Assembly (NCBI GenBank): GCA_012295275.1
Contig: CM022672.1
Location: forward strand, 24,676,001 to 24,740,000
Direction: 5' to 3'
Source: Chrysomallon squamiferum
Lineage: Eukaryota; Animalia; Mollusca
DNA: 64,000 nt
Shown: positions 1-14,244 of the stretch, in pieces
Layout of the letters: each line of letters opens with the position of its first letter
How positions within the stretch are numbered: the first letter of the stretch is position 1
Position numbers and translations under genes: made by a program
The notes under the pieces: model-generated
Told to the model about the DNA's origin: nothing
What the model saw: the letters and a program-made list of their open reading frames with translations, nothing else
The model's database searches: none

Positions 1-118
1 AGTATCATTCGTAATGTCCAGTAGAGAAAAAACAATTATAAAAACTTGTATTAGTCGTATGCTTCAAATAAATATTTTATAATAATAAATGTTTTTAATA
101 TTTTGTTAATTATTTCAG

Positions 119-377
119 AGATCAAGAGGAGGGAAACAAAAGGTGAGTCCTTTTCTTTTTGTTTATTAAGAATTACGTACATATTTATCACTAAATAAAT
201 AAGGCAGAAAATAACTAACATGATGTAAATAAAATAGAAACAAAACAAAAAATACTTTTTAATTATATATAATGGTCTTGGCAGCAGTTTTAAACACTGA
301 CATTGTAATTAATCAATTTTCTAAATAATATTATAATTTAATAATTTATATGAAACATAACCGCTGTGCGTATATTT

Positions 378-428
<51 letters not shown>

Positions 429-704
429 GAAAGTTTATTATTGACTATCAACAATGTGCAAATAAGATCAATTGAAATTTACGTAGTCGCCAGCAGTGTT
501 TCCTTTATGAAAATAAACTTTAAAAATAAAATACATGTGCATAAACATGTTAAGATTAATTTGACAATGAAAGAATAAATGCGAAATAGTGGTGGTTACT
601 AAATTTCATACTGAAATATGTTATTATATTCACATATTTTCTAAATTATGTTAGAAATTAATATCAGTCGGTCCAGTATCTAATATATTGCAGCATCAAG
701 TTAA
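119..704 (+). CDS. Possible last two exons of an upstream gene that begins outside the window
   Basis: ttcag|24-nt exon 119-142|gtgagt, then tgcag|CATCAAGTTAA at 694-704. Joined they read ..IKRRETKASS*, and AATAAA motifs follow near 960-995. Splice signals only, no homology. Confidence 0.3.
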
Positions 705-937
705 AACTGAAAAAGATTTTCAAGTAATCGTTAAGATCGGGTTCTTTTACAGACACGGCTATTCTTTGATAAGTGTAGATTGCATTAATAATATGATGAT
801 TAATACAGTTTTATTGGATTACACATATTTCTTTGGCTATCAGTCCCAAAACTGCAGTGTTTGCATGTGTCATGCTTGTGCACTAAACACTCAGTATTTG
901 AGTAGTTTTAATCAATGTAAAAAAAAAAAAAAAAAAA

Positions 938-969
<32 letters not shown>

Positions 970-1095
970 TAATAATGAAAAAAATAAATAAATAAAAATA
1001 ATACAAATGTCGATAATATAATGAAACTGTAGAAATTTATTGTTCGAAATTCATGAACTGATCTCGTCTTTTTAGAGTTAGAAAACCAAAACAAC

Positions 1096-1154
<59 letters not shown>
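1096..1154. repeat. (CA)n microsatellite
   Basis: Uninterrupted AC run of about 58 bp. Confidence 0.97.
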
Positions 1155-1159
<5 letters not shown>

Positions 1160-1394
1160 CTAAATTACAACATTTACAAAAATAATCATTTAAATATTTC
1201 AGTAACTACAGATTTTTGTGATAAATTGATCTGAAATATACACTTATTATTGTTGTGAAGAAAAAGATATTTTATTATTAATGGTGCTGCTACTGCTACT
1301 AATAAAATTGTATTAATTCCAAACAAAAAAAATGATCGACTCTGAACAACCTGTTTATTCTGCAAGAGTTATTGCCCTGAGCTCATTCTCCTTT

Positions 1395-1409
1395 GTTGTC
1401 ACTGACAAC
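1395..1409. promoter_or_regulatory. Palindromic X-box-like (RFX) motif GTTGTC-ACT-GACAAC
   Basis: Perfect inverted half-sites 4 nt before the ATG of a cilia-associated gene. RFX X-boxes are typical of ciliary gene promoters. Confidence 0.5.
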
Positions 1410-1413
1410 AAAT

Positions 1414-4035
1414 ATGTCGGGTAAAGGTAGTCAGTCAAGATTATCGGGACGATCTAGCAAACCAGGAGCTCAGTTATCACCTTCTAAAGGCGATTCTAAG
1501 ACAATGTCCCCAAAGAAACGAGTGACTGTGGTAGGACGTTTAAAACAGTGTGTAGAACGTCATGTTTTCAGATCTGTTTTTTAATCATTTTTTTGGTAGT
1601 ACCATTTGGCATTTATTATAAAAACATAAATAAACACAGTCATAACAATGTTGTTAATTTTCATATTATACTGAAAGCCTTTCTCTCACAGTAGAAAATT
1701 AAAGATATGAAAATTATTATTATAATAGTTTATTTATTCTAAATTTTAATTATAGCATTAAAATAACCTGCAAATGCAAAACGTTTCGTAAGAGTTTTCC
1801 CCCCATCTTGCGGAGCCTTTTGTAATTTTTCTTTAATACTGGAATTTTATTTCTTATTGAAAGATAAAATGCCTAATAAAAAAAGTACTATAAAATCTGC
1901 AGGCATAAGCCGATAATAACCATCAGAAAAGCTATACACACAAAACAAAATGCTTTATGAAAGAATAATAAACAGACGAATATATTTTATGACACCACAA
2001 CATATTTTAATATTATTATTATGTATTGAATATATATGACTTTTAAGATGGTAAAATATGGAAATATTGTTATTTACTTTTACCTTCACAAATTGAATGA
2101 ATTACGCAACTGGAACACTGATGCTGTCATTTTTAATTATTGAGATACAGCACTGTCTCTGACTTTCAGGTGTATCTCCATACAGATTATATAAAAGAAA
2201 TTAGATGTAAATAGATTGAAACATGGAACAAAAACTGAAAACAGAAGAAAAGTAACAGATGTTTAGATATGGTAGATATAGTTTTGTATTCAGAAAATAT
2301 TATGGCAGCTGTCCTGTCTATGCATTGTATATATTTTTGAATTTACATATGTTAAATAATTTTTGGTCCCTTTGTTTTGTAACTTCTCCAGGAAAATGAA
2401 TCTGATACAAAAGAAGGAGCTCTGGCATTCAAAATCCTTTCCTTTGATCAGACCAGAGATTTGGAGTGTCTTGGTGTAGAGGAAATGCAAGTGTAAGACT
2501 TCTATCTGTTTATTAATTCACAAGCTGTTAATTGGAAATTTCTTTTATAATGTCATTTATATATTATATCTTTTTAAATTATATTTTACATAATCCAAAA
2601 GAAAAAAAAAAAAAAAAAAAAAAAAAAGTTCAGCAAAATACTTTTTTTGGTAGAATAAAATCTTTTTAAATTGTTGCAATGTTCTTAACAGATTTTCTAT
2701 TTCAGAAAACTTTCAACTATATTCAAGCTGAAAAAACATTCATGCAATCTCAAAGAAGCCGCAGAGTTGGACTATTACACTGGTGCTTTATGGTGGGGTG
2801 CTGAGCAGGGTTTCAGGGGTCAAGAACTCTCAGGATTTTTTACTCTGGCATACACATTGTTTGCAAATGTCAAAGGTATCAGCAAATTATTCTAAATGTA
2901 AATTATTTTTTCAATATATTATTCCAGACATCAGTAAAGACTTCCTTTCAACTGCACATTTTTGAAAGAAGAAATTTATATGAAAATATTTTCACAAATA
3001 AAAATATTTAAAAAGGCACAATAAAAATTTAATATTAACTCTGGAAAAAACTTCATTAGTTATGAATATTTTCAAGAAAATACATACAATAACATACCAT
3101 ATTATGTTTGAGATGATTTTATGGTAAAATTATTTGAAAGATGTATCTAATATTTTTCAGATGCAATTTCAGTGCTTGCCATTGGCACTATTTCCCTTAG
3201 ATATGCCTCTGAATACATAGAATAATTCTAAAATGTTTTGTGAGATTGTGTGGAAACTATTATTTTGTAATTTTGCTACACAAATGTAATAAAAAATACA
3301 AAATATATATAATTCCATATAATTGAGGATGTGGCATATTTGAAATAACCTTTATTAATATTATCAGTTGGTGTCTTGAAATAAATAAGTAAATTACATG
3401 GACATATATAAAGTATTTTTAGTAGATTTTTAAAAGATTTTTGATTATACAGGTTACTTTAATTGTAGGAAAACACTTGTCTTTAGTGGACAATCTGAAG
3501 GAATTAAAAAGGATGTTGATGGGAATAGGAATGGAGGGGCAGGTAGCATATTATGGAGGTCTAGAATTTTTTGACACCAAAAAAGCAAAAGCTATAACAG
3601 ATTATCTCTATAGAAGGTGAGAAAAATATAAAGCATTCAAATTTATTCTTTGAATGCAAATTACTGTTTACTAAATAGTTTATCTGAAATTCATTGTATG
3701 ATAGTGCTATTGTATCCAAAGAAAGCTGAAAACAAAAATCTTTTTAAATACCATTAACCTTTAAAATTGGTTTAATTATGAACATGGCTGTTTAAAAATA
3801 TCTTCCTTTTTTTTCAGCTTTTTTCAACATTACAAACTTTATGAATATATGTTTTCACAATCCCAAGAAGAAGAAATTATTGGCACAGATGTAAGCATGT
3901 AACATAAAGCAGTACAAAAAATTTCAAATTCTTTACTTTTTAAAATTATCCTTGCCACTATTATTATTAAGATATTAAAAATTCGATTATTGTTAGCAGT
4001 TTTCTTTTTGGTTGTTAGGGAAACTTGCAGTAAAC

Positions 4036-4075
<40 letters not shown>

Positions 4076-5109
4076 AAAAAATAGAAAAAAGAATCATACT
4101 GTAAATTATTATAAAAATTATTCCTGTTGCTTAATGGTAATAAAATATAACATAAATGAGTCATAGCATGGTTTATAACTTTCATAAATGTAATAATAAA
4201 TTAAAACATTCTACAAAGTCTTTTGCAAAAAGATTATTATCCTGAGCTGGATCAAAGTATTAGCCCTTAATCTGAATAAGTTGCAACAAATATCTAGAAT
4301 TAATTTCATATTACGATTTTTTGATAAACAAGCCATTAATTTAGCTACTTGCATTACTGAAAATATTTATTAAATTTTGCTAGGTGGATATAGAGACTGC
4401 ACCAGCAGCTGACATACCTTTTCCACCACCTTTGGATGAAGGATTTTCTGAAGACTTGTATTTGACATATATTGCCAAACCAGAAACTGAAGTTACTGAA
4501 GAAGTAAGCAGTTTATGTATCTTGTGTCATGTCAGAGACTTTACAAATGTAACACTGTTTTGAAGTAAAATGGGTTCATGCTGTCATATATATCAGATTT
4601 GATCATTCTAGTTCTAGTTCACTGATACTGTTTCAGGTTGTTGAAGAACAAGAAGAAAAAGAAAAAATTGATGATGAGACTGCAGAAAACATATTAGCTC
4701 AGCTTACACCAGAAGATGTGAAAGAAATCATAGAAAGTGTGGCAGCTGAAATGCTTGTTCCTCTTCAGGTATTAAAAATTTTAATTTTTTATACATCCAA
4801 TTTTATCGGTATTATTTTAATACTTGTATTACTGCATCCACTTATAGCCTGCTTTAAAGTCTCTCCAAAAGAAATACTATTATTACAGCACTTATTCTGT
4901 TTAATGAAAATGCTTAATAATATTTTTCAGATTAAAAATCAGCATTTAATTCACACTGAGGATCTACTATGAATAGTCATATATTTCATTTCGTTTAGTG
5001 TAATCTTTTTTGTTGTTGTATTTTTCAGTCTGAAGTTGCAGCAAAATTAAGAGAAAAAGAAACCATTCTGATAGCTCGAATAAATAGAATACACAGAGTT
5101 GCATCATAA
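1414..5109 (+). CDS. CABCOCO1: Ciliary-associated calcium-binding coiled-coil protein 1-like (CLAMP family), 8 exons
   Basis: GT-AG exons 1414-1530, 2392-2492, 2706-2875, 3469-3616, 3818-3890, 4384-4503, 4637-4768, 5029-5109 join in frame. Motifs LKEAAELDYYTGALWWGAEQGF, SFFQHYKLYEYMF and PFPPPLDEG, plus a C-terminal coiled coil, match the CABCOCO1/CFAP119/C8orf74 family. Confidence 0.8.
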
Positions 5110-6859
5110 AATGTGTTTCACGGTAGGATAATCAGTTTACAAAGACTATTGTAAATTAAAATTAAAAGTTATCAGATTCTTTTAAAATCTGTGGTGTACA
5201 GTCATATTTATGTACATTTCAAAAGCTGAAGTAAAATTAATATAATCCCAGCAAACAAATAGAAATAAAATAAAAATAAAAATAAGAACATTTCTTTATG
5301 ACAGTGTAAGGTGAAAATTAATGGAACGAAACTGTTTTCATGTGCAGTTAACATACAAATGACTTTTTCACAAAACAATATAAATAGGAGTTTGGGTTAA
5401 ATATAAAGCTTATATCAATGCATATTGATAATTTTATATACGATATAGATGATGGTACAGAATTAATTAATTATAGTATTCCAGCAAAAATAAAGTTACA
5501 TTATATTTATGTAAAAAACATTTCTACTTACAATCTTGCACATGTGATTCACACCCACTGAGTTATCAGAAATTTAAAATAATCATCTTTGTATTTTAAA
5601 GTTAACATTCTGCAGTGTAAGTTAATTTTATGTTTCTTGTTACATATCAACGTATTTTCACATATACAGATGCAAGTCTTCCAGAAATCTTGGTACCAAA
5701 GACTTGCCAAATTGTCTCAAAAGCACTATGTACTATGAGAAACTTAAATTAACTAAATGTGGAAATCTAACTAGATTAATATAGATGGTTCACATTTATT
5801 AATACAGGCTTCGTTGATAAAATCAGATTATGCCCAGTCTTAATTTTATCTGGTCTAAAACAGGTTCCATTCCATTGATTGAAAATGGATTGTAACCTAT
5901 TTTGATTTTTAATTTTGTTACTATGTGAATAATTCCTTTTTCAATCATTACATTTAAACAATGTCCTTCAAATATAATTTTGTTTCATTGGATAATGATA
6001 AATTCATTTAAAGATGCAATCACATCTTTTGTTATAAATATTTGTAAACTTGTTACATTTTCCTTTTCCATGATTAATTATGTATCTTCAACTTGTTTCA
6101 TTGTATATTTACATTATTTATTAAACATTAAACTTCATTTGTTATTGACTTGTATTCTGTTTTGTAAAGCAAGAACATTTTTCTTTGAAATGTCTGTGTA
6201 ATCACAACCAATACAGAGATAACTAATTACTGCCAGTGTAGTATTTGTTCATGCTTTGAGTGAAGAGTCAGACAAATTTATAATGCAAAATAATGATAAA
6301 AATGTATTTCTAATGTTTAATTTTCCCCTGATTACCACAGTACAGAAAATGCATAATCTTTAAATTACTCCTTCATCTTTTTTTACAAGAATTGTTCTGC
6401 ATTAAAAATAAAAGTTTTATCACACTTTTATACACATTAATCACATCACTAATTACAACTAATAGCGTTCTTGTGCACTGCAAAAAAAAGTATTATTTTA
6501 ATATCAAAAGTATATATAATGATTTTTCACATTTTAAATTAAATAAAACAAAGAAACATTCAAATTTGTATCTGTTTATTTTGATGACATAAGCTTAGGG
6601 ACAAAAGCTGAATTTGGAACAGTAACCTGAAACACTGTAATAGCACTCTGATCTGACAGACTCATTAATTTAAACTGTGATTTAGCTATGAAGGCAGAGC
6701 AACAAAAACCAATTTGTATTAATGTTTAATGTAACTACACTATCTATAACTGGAATATTGGAATACAATGTAACGTATAAAATTGTGTCTACCAGCACCA
6801 TGTTATCTGCAAATGTTTTTAGCACTTTATGAAGTGATCAGACTTATTTTTGTGATCAC

Positions 6860-9800
6860 TTATTTTTTTATCTGTTTAATTACATCTGTAACCATTTTCC
6901 CAATACCATCAAATATTTCATGAAGTGCTGCCTCACACATGAAAGCTGCTGTTGTAACAATGTTATTCTTCTTATCTATGTGGCTTTCCTAAGTAATGTT
7001 AAGGAATGGAAACCAATATGAAGAATGTTAAATTTTATCAACTTGCAAATTTATAAAGATTATTCATTCTGGTTCCTTTGGTAAATCACATGTTTAAAAA
7101 AAAAAAAAAATTGGAAGAAGAATAAAGAAATAAAATAATAATAATAATAATAAATCAAATATTAAAACAAAAACAAAAACAAATTTTTTGTTAGAAAATA
7201 TTAAAATTTAACAGCAGATGGTGAAAAAAACCCAACAACAAACTTCCACAGTTCTGTTGTCCTGTAAATAGATTTTTTAAAGGATACGTTCACTTTTGTT
7301 CCTATGTGTTTGCTTCCCATGGACTGAATAGCCTTAGCAGCTTCTTGTCCATCAGCCCCCACAGTGACCTCTGACCCCTGTATTACTTTGGCAGCCAGAA
7401 CAGGGGAAATACAGCAAAGACTAGAAAATATAAAGTTTATTTTGTCTCTATAATTTTCAATTCATATTTTTTATTTTTTTTTTTATTCATTTGTTTTGTA
7501 ATAAACATGTTAGGAAACCATAACATTTTTAAACATTTATTGGGTAGGTGACAAAACAATTACATTAAAGCAACTAAACATATTACTATATACTGATGTG
7601 TATTATACCAACATAAAAATATTAATTACAGATGAAAAAAACTACAAACCCAATTGGTTTGCCAGCTCCATGAAAATCTTTCAAAACTCTTTGTACATCT
7701 TCATTTACTTTCATAGATGCACCATCAACAGCAAAAGTTGATCTGAAATTATACACAGCAATTTTAAACTTACCAAATGATATGGTATTTTCATTACTGG
7801 AGTAAGTTGTAGCAGATTTCCAGAATTAAATATAAATTAGTGATGGTTACAGATGTATACATAGTAATATGTCATGCTGAAACAGTAACATGAAAAATAT
7901 TAAAATATGACTGTTTGCAGTATTTGGAAATGTCCAGTTTTATCAATTTGGCTGAATGTGAAATTCTTAAAGAAGTATTATCTAAAAAAAGTTACCCTTC
8001 ATTTTCTTCCCAACATCCACTATGCTTTAAAAAAAATTAATAAAACACTTTTAAAAACCACAAAAATAAATATATAAATTTAAAAACTGAACTGAAAACC
8101 TAAAGACCTAAAAAATGATGCCACTAGTGAACTCACAGATTCTTGGCTGCACCAAAACCTCCAGGAAAGATGACAGCATCAAAGTCATTAGCCTTTAATT
8201 TGGAAAGTGCAGAAATATTTCCTCTGGCAATTCTTGCTGATTCCACCAAAACATTCCTTAAAGAATTGAAATACTCTGTCTTTTTCAGATATCCACAATT
8301 ACCATAAGGATGGTGTGTAAAAATAAACCAGATTAATATATTATATTAATGTTACTTAAAATTTTATATATCATTTTTTGTTATAAGTTATTGCTTTTTC
8401 AAAGCTTATTTATAATTAATCTTTAAGTTATTCAAATAATTATTTTTATTTCTTTCATCAAGTATTAAATATAAAAACCTGTTTGGCTCCATTGGTTTTC
8501 CTTTTATGTGATCAATTGCATGCATTTGGTTAATATCTGGTGCAAACATGGACACATTAGCTCCATTTCGACTTAAATGGACCAAAATTCTAAAGAAAAG
8601 AAAATAGCACAGTGTTAGTTATGCTATCAGAATAACACATTAATTATCTTGTACAAACATAAATTTGGTGGCATAAACAATTAAATAATGATTAGTTAGA
8701 CTTAGAATGACAATATAATTAAGATAGCTGACATTTTCTTACAATTATGCAATGAATTCATCATGTTGTCAAGTCAATCTTTGTACTAAAGTGATAAACA
8801 GTAAATTAATAAAAAGTAAAATCTCTGATTCCATGCATTCTTAAAAGCCTATTTTTATTGTTAAATTGTAAAAGAGCAGAGTAACTTGGCAGAAACATAA
8901 ATATATATTGGTCTTTTACATGTATCATTAAGACATTGTTATTCTTATTGATATATTTATTATATAATCACTCCTGCTTATATGTTACATCTTCAAACTA
9001 CAGATAATTCACCTATTTTTATGTAAAAGATAATAAAAAAAAATAGTTTAAAGACTGTTAACAAATAAATAAATAAATAAAATTTAAAAAAAAAAGAAAT
9101 AATTAAATTTTTTAAAAATTCATATTTTTGGTTAAAGTAATGAAAATTCTAGTAAATAAATGCTCACGCTGAAGCTTCATGAATTTCACTTCCATCATAA
9201 AGACCACAACCAGATAAAACCTGGAATAATACATTAGTATGATTTTCATTTAATAAAACTTTACAATGGAAATAATAATCACTACTTTTTAAACATGAAC
9301 TTTGTCTTTATTCAAGACAAATATGCATTATTACAGCATTTGAAATGAAAAAAATAGTCAAGACATTCTTACAAAGGCTGCTTTAATTCAAGGATATTGA
9401 AAAAAAAAAAAAATTGTAACACAAAAACATGATCATAATTAGTACGGTAATATTGAAAAACAAATAACAATAATAATAATAAAATAAATATTATTATTAT
9501 TGAAAAGCAAAACCTCCACATATCACTAAAGCAATTAATGGCAACAATAAAATTGTACATGACGACATAGATCCGGTTTAGTTATACATAAGGCACACCT
9601 TAAAAGAGTCTTCGAACTGTTGTACTAAGTCCACTGAATCACAGTGAATGGTGTTTATTTTTGTTTACAAACGAATGTATTCTTAAAACATGTTATTTAC
9701 TTCTTAAATGCTAGTTAATGGAATTCTGTTTATTATGTTCCACAATGTTTGTTAATTCGAAAATACATGAACTTCGTATTTATTTCCGGGTATATTTTTC

Positions 9801-10258
9801 AATCTATGTTTTTTTTCCGGTGTACAGGTAGTGAGATGTACGCATCTCGATTGTTTATATATCAGTTATCATGTATATATACATTTAATTTACAAAATAT
9901 GCAAGAGCATACGAAACGTACTCGTCCATTGTAATTTCTTTAAATAATATACACTTTCGATTTGCCTATTGTTATTTACTACCTGTTTACCTAAACATTT
10001 CTAGAATACAATTACTAAAATTACTTTAACATTCAATGAATCAGGAAAATCTAAATCAGTAAATGTATTCAATGACTTATTCAGAATGAGTCCAACCCTA
10101 AATATCACGCAATGTCAAGTATAAAAACAACTAAATTTACAATAACACTTTACCACAGCAACTTTCGCCGACATAGCACCGGATAAATGTATCCCTTGCT
10201 TCGTTATACTGCAGAATACAGATGGGTGAGTAAGCGTAAACAATTTTGGATACAACAT
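6860..10258 (-). CDS. GATD3: Glutamine amidotransferase-like class 1 domain protein 3 (ES1 homolog, DJ-1/PfpI superfamily), 7 exons
   Basis: Exons 10258-10154, 9220-9168, 8589-8479, 8256-8137, 7742-7650, 7420-7288, 6988-6860. Motifs [45 protein letters not shown] and [15 protein letters not shown]. The N-terminus has no acidic residues, like a mitochondrial presequence. Confidence 0.95.
6989..7287 (-). other. U12-type (minor spliceosome) GT-AG intron, last intron of GATD3
   Basis: 5' site GTATCCTTT (7287-7279) and branch point TTCCTTAAC (7006-6998) 7 nt before the AG. Flanking exons join in frame (..GTKVN|ESHID..). Confidence 0.93.
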
Positions 10259-10982
10259 TCGTTCCGGGATGCAAAATTGTTTTCAACGTAAAAGTCGAGT
10301 TATCTCCCTATTATGCTTCAAGTCGGAGAAGAGCGTATTCGGGCGTTCTTTGTCAATTAGTTATATATATTTTAATTAATTAACCATTAATATTTCTTTT
10401 TTCTTCTAATTCTCTCCCCCTCTTTTTTTTTTTTTTTTTTTTTAGTATTATATTTTTAAACCAAAATTCAATTATTTAATTTTTTATTTTTTATTTTTAT
10501 TTTTTAGCTATTTCAGTTTATCACACTAAAATCGTATTCAGTATCGAGAAAAAGGTATGGAAATTGTTGCTAAGAAATTTCCAGATATAGCCTTATTTGT
10601 TATTTTAAGGACCCGATTGTTGTTACACATTATATTACGTGGAGAAATGATGTCAAATTTGAGAAAGGTTTATAATCTTTACACACACACACAAATATTA
10701 TTAAATAAACAAAAAAATTTGCCATGACATTAAACACATTAAATGGCAAGAATTAACAAAACTCCTGAATGAATAATTCGCATATATTAGATTATGACTA
10801 AGGTGCTTGAAATAATAAAAAAAAAGGTAAGGAAGGTGAAATTATCTTGCATAAAATTAAAAAAAACAAAACAACAAATATATAAAAAATAAAACATTTA
10901 TAAGAGAATCATTTATTATTTTCCAAAAAGAAACATAAGAAGAAATGTAGTTATATAAAATTTCAAAATGTACACATATATA

Positions 10983-11050
<68 letters not shown>

Positions 11051-11526
11051 GATGATACATAATACAGTATCAATAAAGACAAAAATAAATGTAACAAACT
11101 GGGATATAACTCAAGTTTTAATCTACATTATACATTTATTTTTAAAAAATATTTATATTGTCACTTAATTTAAACACAGTACAATTAAACAAAACTAAAA
11201 TGTCAAAAAGCTGTATTATAAACTTTATCTTGTTTAATTACTAATTCATCACTATAATGAAAAACAGTTACTGAAAGAAAATAAAATTTCTGATGTGTTT
11301 AATGTAATAGATGCTCAAGTTTTGTTATAAAAATAATTTCAAGCTCTCTTAAAATACAGAATGTTTTAACTTGGTTACTGATATGTAAATAAATTTTTCT
11401 ATCAGGGCATGGTCATTGGCCATATCCTACCTTATTAAAATGAGTACAAATTATGAAATTTATGAAACAAAAATATAGAACAATTAGAATATTAAACACA
11501 TGCTGGAGTAAATCAACTTTTTCTGT

Positions 11527-13267
11527 TCACACTTTTAATAATTTTTCATAAGCACACTTGCGTATTATTATTATTTTATTCAATTTTAAATGAGCTAAGG
11601 ATTGGTTTGACAAGTGACTGGCTGCAGCTTTGTCAAGGAACCAAATCAATTCTCCATTAGCAGGGTGCACCATTGCAGCAGGTAACAGATCTCCACCTTC
11701 TGGTTCCAACACCTTCTGCATGGAGGAAAAATAGAAATATTTCTAATTAATGAGAAGCTCAGAAACATTTAGGATAAGACATTTTAAAATTTAATTGTTA
11801 GACATTAAGTAAAGAGAGATCTTGAAAGGATCAATAAACAATACTCGCTTAATCCTACCATATAAACAAAGGTGAAAACAAAACACACTAAATGATGTCA
11901 ACTTAAGATCTTATATTTTTTGGTAAAATTAATCTTTGTAATTTATTCTAATAGAAAAACAAAAAGAGTAAAAAAACCCAACAAAAACAACATATTACAA
12001 AAGAGTTTATATGAAATAAAGACAATATTTTAAAGACTATATTAACCTTAACTATGTCTGCTTTCCCTGCCCCACATGAAGCAAATACAGCACACAAACA
12101 ATTATTTATTGTTGGTAAAGTCAGTGTGACACGACAAGGTGGTGGTTTCGGAGAATCTTTTATGGCAACAACAATTTTCTCTTTCTCCTGAAAAATATAT
12201 TTCAGATTAAAGAAAAGTTTCCAACTAGGTTGGAAATATATTATTCCTATTTTTTGATAAAATTATAGAAGCATTCTAAGGAGTACTGTAGAGGGTAGTA
12301 AAAATTTAGTAATATGTTTGATACATAACAATTATAAAAATGTAAGTTACAATTAAGTATAGAATTACAAATAATAATTAATCTGCTGGTCACTGTCCCT
12401 CCCTGCATAAGTGACAGAATATGATAAAAATATCACAAAAATGTATTTCAAAGATTACATTTTGAATAAAACTATTTATATTGTACAAAGTGTAAAAAAT
12501 GCTATTAAAAGAACCTTTCATGTTAATCATAAATAATGGATATAACTCATTATATAAAACATTTTGCACTTAATTTATTGAAACCCGAAAAGCTCTTTAA
12601 TAAACAATGCAAAATGATGTATGATTACATAAAGGTTTCTTTCCGGTTTAAATTTGTAACAAAAGCATTCATAAATGGCCATCAAAATGTTTAGTGTGTG
12701 TGTGTTGTGTGTATGTGTGTATGGGTGTGCGTGCGCATTGTGTTTAAATAACTGTACCTGTAAGAGATTATGGCCTGGAAATAAGGAACAAGTATGTCCA
12801 TCAGGCCCCATACCCAACAGTAAGACGTCAAATTTGGGAATGTTACCCATCAGTGATGATATCTTTTTACTGTATTCAGTTGCTGCTTCTTCAACTATAA
12901 AGAAAAATATTCAGTATTCCAAGAAACATCATCGTTTTGTACTTTTTAATTAGTTAACTTATAAATTCATATATGGAAAAGAAAGAAAAAAAAACATGTA
13001 CAAAGATGTTATTTCTAACAGTTTAGTTAGTGATTTTCTGGGAATAGATAATAAGTCTGAATGATAATAGTACATTATCAAAGTACATATATCAAAGAAG
13101 TCTTGATACTAATGATATGAATGCCAATATACTGTCCTAATTAAAAAAGATAAATAAATGAATAAATAAATAAATACAAAACTAATACATACATCACTAA
13201 GCTGGTGTTTGGGAACATTTTATCTGATCTTGTAAATGCAAATTAACAAGAATTAATTATTATTTTA

Positions 13268-13312
<45 letters not shown>

Positions 13313-13992
13313 GTTATTATTATTATTAATTTATTTATTTATTTATTTTTGGCATTTATTTTCACAGGTAAAAGTATATAATATATCTCACCTGAAATGT
13401 CAGGATTGATGGGAAATATGTTATCATTTGGTAATGGAACTTTATTCATTAAATTTTGTTTGTAAAAGGAAAAGGTGCATTCTGGATCATTGAATGGTAC
13501 GTGTCGTTCATCACAGAAAAAAATAAACCATTTGTTCCAGTTGGTTTTGAGAGATGGTAAACCTTGACACAGGAACTTGGCGACGCTTCCACCTATTGAG
13601 CACATCACAAGTATTAATGCAGGAACATGTCAAAAAAAGAAGAAAAAAAAAAAAAAAACCACCAAAAAAAACAAATTAATAATAATATATAAATTTAAAA
13701 AAAAAAAAAAAAAAAAAAATAAATAAAAGAAAAAATAATAATAACAGTTCAAACATATTATAAAACTGATTAATTATTAATTAATTTTATTAACACATTC
13801 TTTTCATTATTAAGACAATAATAAGCCTGAAATGTTACTAATTTATTATTATTATAATTATCTCACCCGAAACACCAACGTAGAATGCTCCATTTCTTTT
13901 ATGGCGTCATTTGCTTTTTCGACGACAAAATTACATAATTCTGAAGATACAGCGACATCCGAATCGAATACGCGAATTTTACGGGCCGACAT
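11527..13992 (-). CDS. PGLS: 6-phosphogluconolactonase, 5 exons, with an apparent 1-nt deletion in exon 1
   Basis: Exons 13992-13867, 13592-13392, 12894-12758, 12187-12047, 11715-11527. Motifs FYVGVS|[46 protein letters not shown] and WFLDKAAA. Confidence 0.93.
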
Positions 13993-14203
13993 TTTAGATG
14001 TATTCTTTGTTGTTATTTCCGCATTCTATTCGGATTCGTAAATGCGCACCTGCCTATGTCTACAAAGACGACAGTAATTTATTCAAATTTTATTTTTGAA
14101 CTTTCCCTTAGAAGGAATCGTAGAAACGAAATCATTGTTAAAATAAATCAATTACTTATTCATGTTATTGTGATGTCATATTTATAATTTATATTATTAT
14201 TAT

Positions 14204-14244
<41 letters not shown>

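Noticed and set aside
51-1154. Short ORFs such as poly-Ile and CVCVCV, here and at 47.6-48.5, 54.7 and 60.1-61.2 kb
   Set aside because: They are translations of microsatellites and homopolymers.
2170-2206. Possible extra CABCOCO1 exon (ttcag|gtgtatc...agat|gtaaat)
   Set aside because: It is 37 nt and would shift the frame; exons 1 and 2 already join in phase 0.
2876-2884. Donor GTATCAGC as a second U12 site
   Set aside because: It lacks the CCTT consensus and has no U12 branch point.
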